A stretch of 63,854 bases of DNA, filler included, from Nemertoderma westbladi (Eukaryota; Animalia; Xenacoelomorpha), in assembly GCA_032718475.1 (NCBI GenBank). It is 3 parts of 3 records of this genome, joined end to end, with 100 filler letters (N's around TTAATTAATTAA, not from the genome) between each part and the next. Parts side by side here need not be neighbours in the genome. Positions count along the whole stretch, not along the records: positions 1 to 28,661 come from JAUCBJ010004514.1; 2 more parts are not named here. One strand, 5' to 3'. The first letter of the stretch is position 1; the number at the start of each line of letters is the position of its first letter. Positions 10,217 through 23,640 of this stretch are shown one piece after another. A program made the position numbers and the translations under genes. The notes under the pieces were generated by a model. It saw only the letters and a program-made list of their open reading frames with translations, was not told the origin of the DNA and did not search any database.

Positions 10217-13200
10217 CACGTTCGTGGGGCCTTCGCGCAGCACGAGGCCCAGTTATGAGATACAAATTAAAATTGAGCGACTGTATCACAAAATCAGGTT
10301 TTGAGAAATTTACCCACACCACCAATCAATCCAAGAAAGGGGGACAGTACGTGTTCACCCCTTTTAATCTCTCCACCCCCCCACCCTTCCCAACCACCAA
10401 TACATAACCGCGACATCTACCACCCACGGAAGGGTAGAACGAACTTATTTCCAATCGCACGTTCAATATGCAAAGCCAGGTGGTGTATAGGAATATAATC
10501 AACGCCGTACTCGTCTTAATTATTATAAGCGTCGTTGCGCTCGTCCTGTTTTGTATTTAAATATATTTCCTAAACGCAGACTGGCAATCTTTATAACTAT
10601 GGATACGTGCAATATGCGAAACCAGGAATGGTTTATAGGAATATAATCAATGCAGAACGCAGTACTAAATTCAGTCGATGCAGTAATGATATTCAAATAA
10701 ATAATTTAATACCAGTACCCTCTGTTAATGCCTCAGTGTAAAAACTTAGACAATTCAACTACAAAGAAATCCCATCAAAAAATAATAAGCCCAATATTTA
10801 TGAGGAAAAAACAAGTATGGATATAAATAAGTCTTCTGCAGTGGTAAAATGTAATTGACTGACATTTATTAAACGAGATCTGTCTAACACGGCAATAACA
10901 CAATAATAGACTGAATAGTAGGGAATTCAGATTTCCATCTCGTTAGCTAGCTATGGCCAATCTGTCTACCGGCCTGTACACATGTGGTTACTTACATTCG
11001 CATTCCCATTGAAGAGCAACTGGCTGTTCGACACACCCCAAACATCCTTCCCATCCTATGTACCAGCACCGAGCCAACTTGGATGTTAACCAATAAATGA
11101 GCAGTATTTAATGAGAATCAATTTTTTATACCGTTTTAATTACTTTAGATCAATTAAAGACACAATTATTAAAGCAAATCACTTGAACTAATTAAAAACT
11201 ATAATAGAATGGAGTATGTGGATTACATCTGTATAATTTTTAAGTATAATTATTTAAATCTTATACTGTAAAACAATTAATTTCCTTTAAAAGGCAGGTT
11301 GAAAATGGTGTTTTCACTGTAATCAACTTAATTAACTAATTAACTGCTATTATCTTAGCTTCTCGAAGGCCACACGGAAATTCTACTTGGAAAATTTCTA
11401 AACTTTTGCCAAACAACATGTGTACCAAGTTTGGATAGATTTCATCAAAGATTGGCCGAGTTATTAACGTTTAAAATTGAACGCGACAGAACGACAGAAC
11501 GACAGAACGACACGTTCGTGGGGCCTTCGCGCAGCACGAGGCCCAGTTATGAGATACAAATTAAAATTGAGCGACTGTATCACAAAATCAGGTTTTGAGA
11601 AATTTACCCACACCACCAATCAATCCAAGAAAGGGGGACAGTACGTGTTCACCCCTTTTAATCTCTCCACCCCCCCACCCTTCGCAACCACCAATACATA
11701 ACCGCGACATCTGCCACCCACGGAAGGGTAGAACGAACTTATTTCCAATCGCACGTTCAATATGCAAAGCCAGGTGGTGTATAGGAATATAATCAACGCC
11801 GTACTCGTCTTAATTATTATAAGCGTCGTTGCGCTCGTCCTGTTTTGTATTTAAATATATTTCCTAAACGCAGACTGGCAATCTTTATAACTATGGATAC
11901 GTGCAATATGCGAAACCAGGAATGGTTTATAGGAATATAATCAATGCAGAACGCAGTACTAAATGCAGTCGATGCAGTAATGATATTCAAATAATTAATT
12001 TAATACCAGTACCCTCTGTTAATGCCTCAGTGTAAAAACTAAGACAATTCAACTACAAAGAAATCCCATCAAAAAATAATAAGCCCAATATTTATGAGGA
12101 AAAAACAAGTATGGATATAAATAAGTCTTCTGCAGTGGTAAAATGTTATTGACTGACATTTATTAAACGAGATCTGTCTAACACGGCAATAACACAATAA
12201 TAGACTGAATAGTAGGGAATTCAGATTTCCATCTCGTTAGCTAGCTATGGCCAATCTGTCTACCGGCCTGTACACATGTGGTTACTTACATTCGCATTCC
12301 CATTGAAGAGCAACTGGCTGTTCTACACACACCAAACATCCTTCCCATCCTATGTACCAGCACCGAGCCAACTTGGATGTTAACCAATAAATGAGCAGTA
12401 TTTAATGAGAATCAATTTTTTATACCGTTTTAATTACTTTAGATCAATTAAAGACACAATTATTAAAGCAAATCACTTGAACTAATTAAAAACTATAATA
12501 GAATGGAGTATGTGGATTACATCTGTATAATTTTTAAGTATAATTATTTAAATCTTATACTGTAAAACAATTAATTTCCTTTAAAAGGCAGGTTGAAAAT
12601 GGTGTTTTCACCGTAATCAACTTAATTAACTAATTAACTGCTATTATCTTAGCTTCTCGAAGGCCACACGGAAATTCTACTTGGAAAATTTCTAAACTTT
12701 TGCCAAACAACATGTGTACCAAGTTTGGATAGATTTCATCAAAGATTGGCCGAGTTATTAACGTTTAAAATTGAACGCGACAGAATGACAGAACGACAGA
12801 ACGACACGTTCGTGGGGCCTTCGTGCAGCACGAGGCCCAGTTATGAGATACAAATTAAAATTGAGCGACTGTATCACAAAATCAGGCTTTGAGAAATTTA
12901 CCCACACCACCAATCAATCCAAGAAAGGGGGACAGTACGTGTTCACCCCTTTTAATCTCTCCACCCCCCCACCCTTCGCAACCACCAATACATAACCGCG
13001 ACATCTGCCACCCACAGAAGGGTAGAACGAACTTATTTCCAATCGCACGTTCAATATGCAAAGCCAGGTGGTGTATAGGAATATAATCAACGCCGTACTC
13101 GTCTTAATTATTATAAGCGTCGTTGCGCTCGTCCTGTTTTGTATTTAAATATATTTCCTAAACGCAGACTGGCAATCTTTATAACTATGGATACGTGCAA

Positions 13201-16200
13201 TATGCGAAACCAGGAATGGTTTATAGGAATATAATCAATGCAGAACGCAGTACTAAATGCAGTCGATGCAGTAATGATATTCAAATAATTAATTTAATAC
13301 CAGTACCCTCTGTTAATGCCTCAGTGTAAAAACTAAGACAATTCAACTACAAAGAAATCCCATCAAAAAATAATAAGCCCAATATTTATGAGGAAAAAAC
13401 AAGTATGGATATAAATAAGTCTTCTGCAGTGGTAAAATGTTATTGACTGACATTTATTAAACGAGATCTGTCTAACACGGCAATAACACAATAATAGACT
13501 GAATAGTAGGGAATTCAGATTTCCATCTCGTTAGCTAGCTATGGCCAATCTGTCTACCGGCCTGTACACATGTGGTTACTTACATTCGCATTCCCATTGA
13601 AGAGCAACTGGCTGTTCTACACACACCAAACATCCTTCCCATCCTATGTACCAGCACCGAGCCAACTTGGATGTTAACCAATAAATGAGCAGTATTTAAT
13701 GAGAATCAATTTTTTATACCGTTTTAATTACTTTAGATCAATTAAAGACACAATTATTAAAGCAAATCACTTGAACTAATTAAAAACTATAATAGAATGG
13801 AGTATGTGGATTACATCTGTATAATTTTTAAGTATAATTATTTAAATCTTATACTGTAAAACAATTAATTTCCTTTAAAAGGCAGGTTGAAAATGGTGTT
13901 TTCACCGTAATCAACTTAATTAACTAATTAACTGCTATTATCTTAGCTTCTCGAAGGCCACACGGAAATTCTACTTGGAAAATTTCTAAACTTTTGCCAA
14001 ACAACATATGTACCAAGTTTGGATAGATTTCATCAAAGATTGGCCGAGTTATTAACGTTTAAAATTGAACGCGACAGAACGACAGAACGACACGTTCGTG
14101 GGGCCTTCGCGCAGCACGAGGCCCAGTTATGAGATACAAATTAAAATTGAGCGACTGTATCACAAAATCAGGTTTTGAGAAATTTACCCACACCACCAAT
14201 CAATCCAAGAAAGGGGGACAGTACGTGTTCACCCCTTTTAATCTCTCCACCCCCCCACCCTTCGCAACCACCAATACATAACCGCGACATCTGCCACCCA
14301 CGGAAGGGTAGAACGAACTTATTTCCAATCGCACGTTCAATATGCAAAGCCAGGTGGTGTATAGGAATATAATACACGCCGTACTCGTCTTAATTATTAT
14401 AAGCGTCGTTGCGCTCGTCCTGTTTTGTATTTAAATATATTTCCTAAACGCAGACTGGCAATCTTTATAACTATGGATACGTGCAATATGCGAAACAAGG
14501 AATGGTTTATAGGAATATAATCAATGCAGAACGCAGTACTAAATGCAGTCGATGCAGTAATGATATTCAAATAATTAATTTAATACCAGTACCCTCTGTT
14601 AATGCCTCAGTGTAAAAACTAAGACAATTCAACTACAAAGAAATCCCATCAAAAAATAATAAGCCCAATATTTATGAGGAAAAAACAAGTATGGATATAA
14701 ATAAGTCTTCTGCAGTGGTAAAATGTTATTGACTGTCATTTATTAAACGAGATCTGTCTAACACGGCAATAACACAATAATAGACTGAATAGTAGGGAAT
14801 TCAGATTTCCATCTCGTTAGCTAGCTATGGCCAATCTGTCTACCGGCCTGTACACATGTGGTTACTTACATTCGCATTCCCATTGAAGAGCAACTGGCTG
14901 TTCTACACACACCAAACATCCTTCCCATCCTATGTACCAGCACCGAGCCAACTTGGATGTTAACCAATAAATGAGCAGTATTTAATGAGAATCAATTTTT
15001 TATACCGTTTTAATTACTTTAGATCAATTAAAGACACAATTATTAAAGCAAATCACTTGAACTAATTAAAAACTATAATAGAATGGAGTATGTGGATTAC
15101 ATCTGTATAATTTTTAAGTATAATTATTTAAATCTTATACTGTAAAACAATTAATTTCCTTTAAAAGGCAGGTTGAAAATGGTGTTTTCACCGTAATCAA
15201 CTTAATTAACTAATTAACTGCTATTATCTTAGCTTCTCGAAGGCCACACGGAAATTCTACTTGGAAAATTTCTAAACTTTTGCCAAACAACATGTGTACC
15301 AAGTTTGGATAGATTTCATCAAAGATTGGCCGAGTTATTAACGTTTAAAATTGAACGCGACAGAACGACAGAACGACACGTTTGTGGGGCCTTCGCGCAG
15401 CACGAGGCCCAGTTATGAGATACAAATTAAAATTGAGCGACTGTATCACAAAATCAGGTTTTGAGAAATTTACCCACACCACCAATCAATCCAAGAAAGG
15501 GGGACAGTACGTGTTCACCCCTTTTAATCTCTCCACCCCCCCCACCCTTCGCAACCACCAATACATAACCGCGACATCTGCCACCCACGGAAGGGTAGAA
15601 CGAACTTATTTCCAATCGCACGTTCAATATGCAAAGCCAGGTGGTGTATAGGAATATAATACACGCCGTACTCGTCTTAATTATTATAAGCGTCGTTGCG
15701 CTCGTCCTGTTTTGTATTTAAATATATTTCCTAAACGCAGACTGGCAATCTTTATAACTATGGATACGTGCAATATGCGAAACAAGGAATGGTTTATAGG
15801 AATATAATCAATGCAGAACGCAGTACTAAATGCAGTCGATGCAGTAATGATATTCAAATAATTAATTTAATACCAGTACCCTCTGTTAATGCCTCAGTGT
15901 AAAAACTAAGACAATTCAACTACAAAGAAATCCCATCAAAAAATAATAAGCCCAATATTTATGAGGAAAAAACAAGTATGGATATAAATAAGTCTTCTGC
16001 AGTGGTAAAATGTTATTGACTGTCATTTATTAAACGAGATCTGTCTAACACGGCAATAACACAATAATAGACTGAATAGTAGGGAATTCAGATTTCCATC
16101 TCGTTAGCTAGCTATGGCCAATCTGTCTACCGGCCTGTACACATGTGGTTACTTACATTCGCATTCCCATTGAAGAGCAACTGGCTGTTCTACACACACC

Positions 16201-19200
16201 AAACATCCTTCCCATCCTATGTACCAGCACCGAGCCAACTTGGATGTTAACCAATAAATGAGCAGTATTTAATGAGAATCAATTTTTTATACCGTTTTAA
16301 TTACTTTAGATCAATTAAAGACACAATTATTAAAGCAAATCACTTGAACTAATTAAAAACTATAATAGAATGGAGTATGTGGATTACATCTGTATAATTT
16401 TTAAGTATAATTATTTAAATCTTATACTGTAAAACAATTAATTTCCTTTAAAAGGCAGGTTGAAAATGGTGTTTTCACCGTAATCAACTTAATTAACTAA
16501 TTAACTGCTATTATCTTAGCTTCTCGAAGGCCACACGGAAATTCTACTTGGAAAATTTCTAAACTTTTGCCAAACAACATGTGTACCAAGTTTGGATAGA
16601 TTTCATCAAAGATTGGCCGAGTTATTAACGTTTAAAATTGAACGCGACAGAACGACAGAACGACACGTTTGTGGGGCCTTCGCGCAGCACGAGGCCCAGT
16701 TATGAGATACAAATTAAAATTGAGCGACTGTATCACAAAATCAGGTTTTGAGAAATTTACCCACACCACCAATCAATCCAAGAAAGGGGGACAGTACGTG
16801 TTCACCCCTTTTAATCTCTCCACCCCCCCCACCCTTCGCAACCACCAATACATAACCGCGACATCTGCCACCCACGGAAGGGTAGAACGAACTTATTTCC
16901 AATCGCACGTTCAATATGCAAAGCCAGGTGGTGTATAGGAATATAATCAACGCCGTACTCGTCTTAATTATTATAAGCGTCGTTGCGCTCGTCCTGTTTT
17001 GTATTTAAATATATTTCCTAAACGCAGACTGGCAATCTTTATAACTATGGATACGTGCAATATGCGAAACCAGGAATGGTTTATAGGAATATAATCAATG
17101 CAGAACGCAGTACTAAATGCAGTCGATGCAGTAATGATATTCAAATAATTAATTTAATACCAGTACCCTCTGTTAATGCCTCAGTGTAAAAACTAAGACA
17201 ATTCAACTACAAAGAAATCCCATCAAATAATAATAAGCCCAATATTTATGAGGAAAAAACAAGTATGGATATAAATAAGTCTTCTGCAGTGGTAAAATGT
17301 TATTGACTGACATTTATTAAACGAGATCTGTCTAACACGGCAATAACACAATAATAGACTGAATAGTAGGGAATTCAGATTTCCATCTCGTTAGCTAGCT
17401 ATGGCCAATCTGTCTACCGGCCTGTACACATGTGGTTACTTACATTCGCATTCCCATTGAAGAGCAACTGGCTGTTCTACACACACCAAACATCCTTCCC
17501 ATCCTATGTACCAGCACCGAGCCAACTTGGATGTTAACCAATAAATGAGCAGTATTTAATGAGAATCAATTTTTTATACCGTTTTAATTACTTTAGATCA
17601 ATTAAAGACACAATTATTAAAGCAAATCACTTGAACTAATTAAAAACTATAATAGAATGGAGTATGTGGATTACATCTGTATAATTTTTAAGTATAATTA
17701 TTTAAATCTTATACTGTAAAACAATTAATTTCCTTTAAAAGGCAGGTTGAAAATGGTGTTTTCACCGTAATCAACTTAATTAACTAATTAACTGCTATTA
17801 TCTTAGCTTCTCGAAGGCCACACGGAAATTCTACTTGGAAAATTTCTAAACTTTTGCCAAACAACATGTGTACCAAGTTTGGATAGATTTCATCAAAGAT
17901 TGGCCGAGTTATTAACGTTTAAAATTGAACGCGACAGAACGACAGAACGACACGTTCGTGGGGCCTTCGCGCAGCACGAGGCCCAGTTATTAGATACAAA
18001 TTAAAATTGAGCGACTGTATCACAAAATCAGGTTTTGAGAAATTTACCCACACCACCAATCAATCAAAGAAAGGGGGACAGTACGTGTTCACCCCTTTTA
18101 ATCTCTCCACCCCCCCACCCTTCGCAACCACCAATACATAACCGCGACATCTGCCACCCACGGAAGGGTAGCACGAACTTATTTCCAATCGCACGTTCAA
18201 TATGCAAAGCCAGGTGGTGTATAGGAATATAATCAACGCAGTACTCGTCTTAATTATTATAAGCCTCTTTGCGTTCGTCCTGTTTTGTATTTAAATATAT
18301 TTCCTAAACGCAGACTGGCAATCTTTATAATAATAATAACTAGGGATGCGATCAATATGTGAAGCCAGGTGGTTTATATAATAATTTAGTCAACGAGGTA
18401 CTCGTCTTCATTATATGCCTCGTTGCGCTCGTCGCTTGTCCTGTTTTGTCATAAAATATTTTTCCTAAACGCAGACTGACGATCTTTATACAGTTATAAC
18501 TATGCGAAGTTTCGAAACTGTGCGATACATCTATGTGGAGATGTGTGATATGTGGAGATGTGTGATACAACGCCAACGCATCTTATGCCGATGTAGTAAT
18601 ATGGGTATTGAAATAATATTAAATCAATGTACACTCTTAAAGCTGCAGCGAAAAAATGTAGCTAATTTCCTAGGTTACATATAAAATAATAATATTATTT
18701 TTAAGAACATTAATTTTACTACTTTGCAAAAATTCAATTAAAAAATAACCAGACATATACATTGTGGAATAAACTATTTCAGATAAGCCTACACAACAGC
18801 CATGCCATGGATGGTATTTATGTTATTATATCTGTCATTTACCTGAGATAGCAATACAACACTTATAGTAGAGTCAATACAGGAAGGATGTTGGGATGTT
18901 GGAATGCTGCCTGGGCTGGAATAGCAATACTGGTTGCCTATTACAATTTCTCTCTGGTTAGTCTACAGCCACAACTCCAAGCTAGCTCCACACCAGCAGA
19001 GACATGACCAATAATCATTCCCAGCAACTAGCTGCTGCCTTACACACACATCCTTCCATCTTACCAGCATGTTAGCCAATAAATGAGCAGTATTTAATGA
19101 GAATCAATTTTTTATGACGTTTTAATTACTTTAGATCAATTAAAGACACAATTAATAAAGCAAATCACTTGAACTAATTAAAAACTATAATAGAATGGGG

Positions 19201-19494
19201 TATGTGGATTACATCTGTATAATTTTTAATTATAATTATTTAAATCTTATACTGTAAAACAATTAATTTCCTTTAAAAGGCAGGTTGAAAATGGTGTTTT
19301 TACCGTAATAACTTAATTAACTAATTAACTGCTATTATCTTAGCTTCTCGAAGGCCACAAGGAAATTCTACTTGGAAAATTTCTAAACTTTTGCCAAACA
19401 ACATGTGTACCAAGTTTGGATAGATTTCATCAAAGATTGGCCGAGTTATTAACGTTTAAAATTGAACACTGCAAAAAAAGCGACAGAACGACAG
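10217..19494 (+). repeat. ~1.29-kb tandem array (6 near-identical units plus a 7th with a divergent middle); Helentron/HINE-like unit
   Basis: Unit heads CACGTTCGTGGGGCCTTCG at 10217, 11511, 12805, 14091, 15377, 16664, 17951 (spacing 1294,1294,1286,1286,1287,1287). Length differences come from (ACAGAACG)n copy number and a C-run. Each unit has a GC hairpin and internal ~146-bp subrepeats. Confidence 0.95.
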
Positions 19495-19662
19495 GTTGAT
19501 TAATGGTACCACTACGCTAAGGCTCACTCACTTCGTGGCTCGCCCCACAGGTTGATTAATGGTACCACTACGCTAAGGCTCACTCACTTCGTGGCTCGCC
19601 CCACAGGTTGATTAATGGTACCACTACGCCAAGGCTCACTCACTTCGTGGCTCGCCCCACAG
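19495..19662 (+). repeat. 56-bp unit x3 ending in a stem-loop-like motif (GGCTCACTCACTTCGTGGCTCGCC), closing the 1.29-kb array
   Basis: Units start at 19495, 19551, 19607, directly after the last ACAGAACGACAG microsatellite. Confidence 0.9.
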
Positions 19663-19868
19663 TGTAAGTAATATCGCAGTGTGATTGATATCCACATATG
19701 GTCTATAAATTGAACCAAAAATGATCAAAAAATTTAACATTTCTTTATTTACGTAGTTTGTATTAACAGAACAGAACTACATAATATAACATAATTAACC
19801 ACGATCGTGCACTGGCTAGCCCTCACGACGAAAGCAATGTCCTGCAAAATGGAAACGAGGCATCCGGC

Positions 19869-20134
19869 CCATGTGAAGAATACCAGACTTTCTGCCGTTA
19901 TATTTCACTTTGCATTTACCCCCATGTGGAGAATACCAGGTTTTCACCAAAAACACAGGTTACAGAAGGGCTGAATCTAACCAAAACAATAAACGAATTA
20001 GTATATACAGGTTATAAGACAGAAATTAGTGCTATAAAACACTTAATAAAGATGAATTTAAAAAAGTAAAAAATCTTCATATATAAAATTCCAATAGAAA
20101 GTCGACCGAAAAGTGAAATCCTGGTATTCTTCAC
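19869..20134 (+). mobile_element. MITE (~260 bp, TIR CCCATGTGAAGAATACCAGG family)
   Basis: Same sequence as the TIR-bounded element at 22076-22336; right TIR truncated. Confidence 0.75.
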
Positions 20135-20262
20135 CCGTCCCCGTTTACCTGTCAAATTTGAGGGGACTAATGAAACACATCCAATGCCAATGATGAATGG
20201 CATATACATTCTAGTTGGGGATGTGTACGTGGCGGGTGGGCATGGGGACAGTGACCCCGAGG

Positions 20263-20379
20263 TAGCAATCTTGTGAATGTGTCATCCAAATATTTGGTGT
20301 CCTCAGTAGTTAGAGCCCAGCATGGACTCCCATAGAGGAGTACTGGTTCTACTGCTGCCCTAAATAATCGGACCGTAAG
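20263..20379 (-). pseudogene. Non-LTR retrotransposon RT C-terminal fragment
   Basis: LTVRLFRAAVEPVLLYGSPCWALTTEDTKYLDDTFTRLL matches the post-RT 'V.PVLLYGSE.W' motif of RTE/L2-type LINEs. Confidence 0.65.
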
Positions 20380-20436
20380 ATTTCCGAATAATATTATATA
20401 AAAGCTCCAGATCCTGGACGCAACGCTGCCCATCGC

Positions 20437-20678
20437 CCCTGTGAAGAATACCAGGTTTCGGTCAACCAGGTTACCAGGTTTTCACCTTTCGGTCAAAATT
20501 CTATTGGAATATTAAATATGAAGAATTTGTATTTTTCAAAATTTATCCTTATTAAGTGTTTTATAGCGCTTATTTCTGTCTTATAACATGTATAGATACT
20601 TATTCGTTTATTGTTTTGGTTAGATTACAGCCCTTCTGAAACTTGTGGTTTTAGTGAAAACCTGGTATACTCCACAGG
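20437..20678 (-). mobile_element. Inverted, diverged copy of the same MITE
   Basis: CCCTGTGAAGAATACCAGG at the left end; internal sequence is the reverse complement of ~19920-20130. Confidence 0.7.
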
Positions 20679-21093
20679 CGTCTTTGTCCTGCCCACGCCT
20701 TCTTGCTATTTCCATTGCTCAGGTGGTAACTATGTAAAAACGTTGAGTTATAAATTAGTAATTTAAACAGGACTCAACTGGATGATCCAACTCTATAGCA
20801 AATGGAGCGGAAAAAATGAATTCGCCCCCAGTAGGGATCGAAACATATAAACAATAATGTAGATTTATGTCAAGTGATAATGCCATTGAACTAAAGTTTG
20901 AGTACCAAGTTTAGGGAAACCCCGCAAATACAAACCGATACAGTTCTCGTAAACTTTATCTTGTATTATATACAGTACAAAGTTCAACTTCCTGTAATAT
21001 TAACACTGTGTGATTAACACTGTGTCGAATAGACAAAAATTGCCGCCCATCTGTAACAGTATATTTATTTAAATTTCCGAGGAAAATACTTTG

Positions 21094-21342
21094 AATTATT
21101 GTGTTAATCTCCACAAGATCTTTCCTTATTTATTTTGTTATGATAACATAACCGGAAGCAAGCAACCCGAAAGTTAATCATCTCCCTTAGCTGTTACCAG
21201 TAAGGCAGGGAGCTAAGAAATAATTTTTAATTATTGTGTGAATCTCCAAAGATCTTCCTTATTTATTATGTTATGATAACATAAACGGAGTCAACCCGAA
21301 AGTTAATCATCTTCCTAAGCTGTTACCAGTAAGGCAGGGAGA
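21094..21342. repeat. ~130-bp tandem duplication
   Basis: aattattgtg...gctgttaccagtaaggcagggag occurs twice, diverged. Confidence 0.8.
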
Positions 21343-22075
21343 GCGCTACACTAACTCCCAAGGATGAACTCTCCGTAAATATCCAACCCATTTCTTTACT
21401 ACCCAAACAGAAGCCGGGTCCCCACATTGTTGGCATAGCGCAACAGTTACGGAAACGGCATGGAATCGAAACCAGGACCTCCCAATAGAAGCAAAGCGAG
21501 TGACAAACGGTGAAAATTGGTGGTCGTTACGACCTGTGTCATTAGATCCTGCATTGTTAGGTCCTGTGTAATACAGCAGTTTTATTTATATTTGCAGCTT
21601 ATTACTAGCAAAAATTCAACAGTAACCTGTGATACTAACTCGAATATTTGGTTGGACAACAAGTCACAGCAACCTGTTCCTTTCTCTTAACAACACCAGT
21701 ATATGATACCACAGGACCTAATAACGCACGATTTAACGTCGCGGGACCCTATGAAGCGGAACCCAAGGTTTATATGGTGGAGCGCAAACTAAAAACTAAG
21801 GAAAAAATTATATTCCTAGTTCTTGTTAGGCAAAAAAGTATTATGATTCTGTGTTATCAACTTACAGGTATGGATACGGATACATGTTAACGTCACCAAT
21901 GTTGGATGGTCGGGTAGAATTAGATAAGGCTAATTAATACAAATATAATTCACTTCAAATTGTGTAAACGCTACGCCTACACAAACTCCTCTAGCGTTAC
22001 CTGTATGGTGTTATGGTTGGCCTCCCTATACGTTCAATTAAGTAGGTTTAATAGCACGACGTGCAAGTAGGCAGG

Positions 22076-22336
22076 CCCATGTGAAGAATACCAGGCTTTC
22101 CTCAGTTATATTTCACTTTGCAGTTACCCCCATGTGAGGAATACCAGATTTTCACCAAAAACACAGGTCACGGAAGGGCTGAATCTAACCAAAACAATAA
22201 ACGAATTAGTATAAGTACAGGTTATAAACGCTATAAAACACTTAATAAAGATAAATAAAAAAAAATAAAATCTTCATATATAAAATTCCAATAAAAAGTC
22301 GACCGAAAAGTGAAATCCTGGTATTCTTCACATGGG
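22076..22336 (+). mobile_element. MITE with perfect 20-bp TIRs (further copies 23914-24174, 25605-25865, 27443-27704)
   Basis: CCCATGTGAAGAATACCAGG ... CCTGGTATTCTTCACATGGG; no clear TSD. Confidence 0.8.
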
Positions 22337-22827
22337 AGCATTCCATCGCCACCTCCATATGGTAACGCCGCAACGGTTTCTTGACGTAGCGTTTACACAT
22401 ATTCAAAATATATATTATGTAGAATTAATAAAATAATTATGATATTTACTGGTACTGTACTGTTTAAATATTGTGTTTCACTATTTACCCTGCTCAGGGT
22501 GTATCTATTAATATTATTAATCAATTATAATTATATAATTATGATACACAGAAAAATAATTAATACTATAATATATAATATTCATACAATTACAATTAGA
22601 AATTTACATATTTAATTGACGGAAACATCTAACAGTTATGAATCACCTGTTAAATGTTGACTGTATCACTTCATGACAAATATTTATTTAAATGCGATAG
22701 AGAAAACTGAAAAGTAGATTTTCTACTGAATAATAGAGGGCATGGCGAGGTCGCCGTGATAGAAGGGATTGTACTTTACCCAAGAAATGAGGTTGTAAGC
22801 CAGTTGGCCAACTGAGATGGAATGCCC

Positions 22828-23268
22828 TTAGCTGATTGGTTATATTACAGTAGATGGGATGTGAGAAGGGTTGCCGTTAGCTGATTGGTTATAGTACAGT
22901 AGATGGAATGTGAGAAGGGTTGCCGTTAGCTGATTGGTTATATTACAGTAGATGGGATGTGAGAAGGGTTGCCGTTAGCTGATTGGTTATATTACAGTAG
23001 ATGGAATGTGAGAAGGGTTGCCGTTAGCTGATTGGTTATATTACAGTAGATGGGATGTGAGAATGGTTGCCGTTAGCTGATTGGTTATATTACAGTAGAT
23101 GGAATGTGAGAAGGGTTGCCGTTAGCTGATTGGTTATATTACAGTAGATGGGATGTGAGAAGGGTTGCCGTTAGCTGATTGGTTATATTACAGTAGATGG
23201 GATGTGAGAAGGGTTGCCGTTAGCTGATTGGTTATATTACAGTAGATGGGATGTGAGAAGGGTTGCCA
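22828..23268. repeat. 49-bp minisatellite x9
   Basis: TTAGCTGATTGGTTATATTACAGTAGATGGGATGTGAGAAGGGTTGCCG; 441 bp = 9 units. Confidence 0.97.
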
Positions 23269-23364
23269 TTGTTGTTACCTGGAACTAATTAACTGCATTG
23301 CATTCATTGCATGGCAGCCATGCAGTTACTGCATACAGGGAACACTTTTTCTATATTCTATATA

Positions 23365-23640
23365 TTCTTCAGCTCAGCCGACAACTTCGCCCTCCCGAAC
23401 GGAAGTATAGCGCCTACGACCGCGAACTCCTCGGTGTATACCTCGCGGTCCGCCACTTCCGTTATTTTCTCGAAGGCCGAACGTTTGTGGCCTACACGGA
23501 CCATAAACCCCTAACCCAGGCCTTCTCAAAGGTCATTGACCCCTGGTCCCCCCGTCAACAGCGCCAACTGGCGTACATCTCGGAATTCACCACGAATGTA
23601 CGCCACGTAGACGGGAAGGACAACCAGGTCGCGGATACAC
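23365..23640 (+). pseudogene. Ty3/Gypsy RNase H domain fragment, copy 1
   Basis: SRQLRPPERKYSAYDRELLGVYLAVRHFRYFLEGRTFVAYTDHKPL...RQQRQLAYISEF...HVDGKDNQVAD. Confidence 0.9.

Noticed and set aside
10301-18232. Repeated 65-89-aa ORFs (MRNLPTPP..., MWGLRAAR...)
   Set aside because: Non-ATG starts, frame changes with C-run length, no domain similarity; by-products of the tandem array.
21598-21768. Possible plus-strand exon after tttatttatatttgcAG
   Set aside because: Acceptor is plausible, but no frame gives a recognisable domain and the donor is weak.
22828-23268. CRISPR-like reading of the 49-, 42-, 41-, 56- and 31-bp arrays
   Set aside because: Units abut directly with no unique spacers; eukaryotic context; no cas genes.
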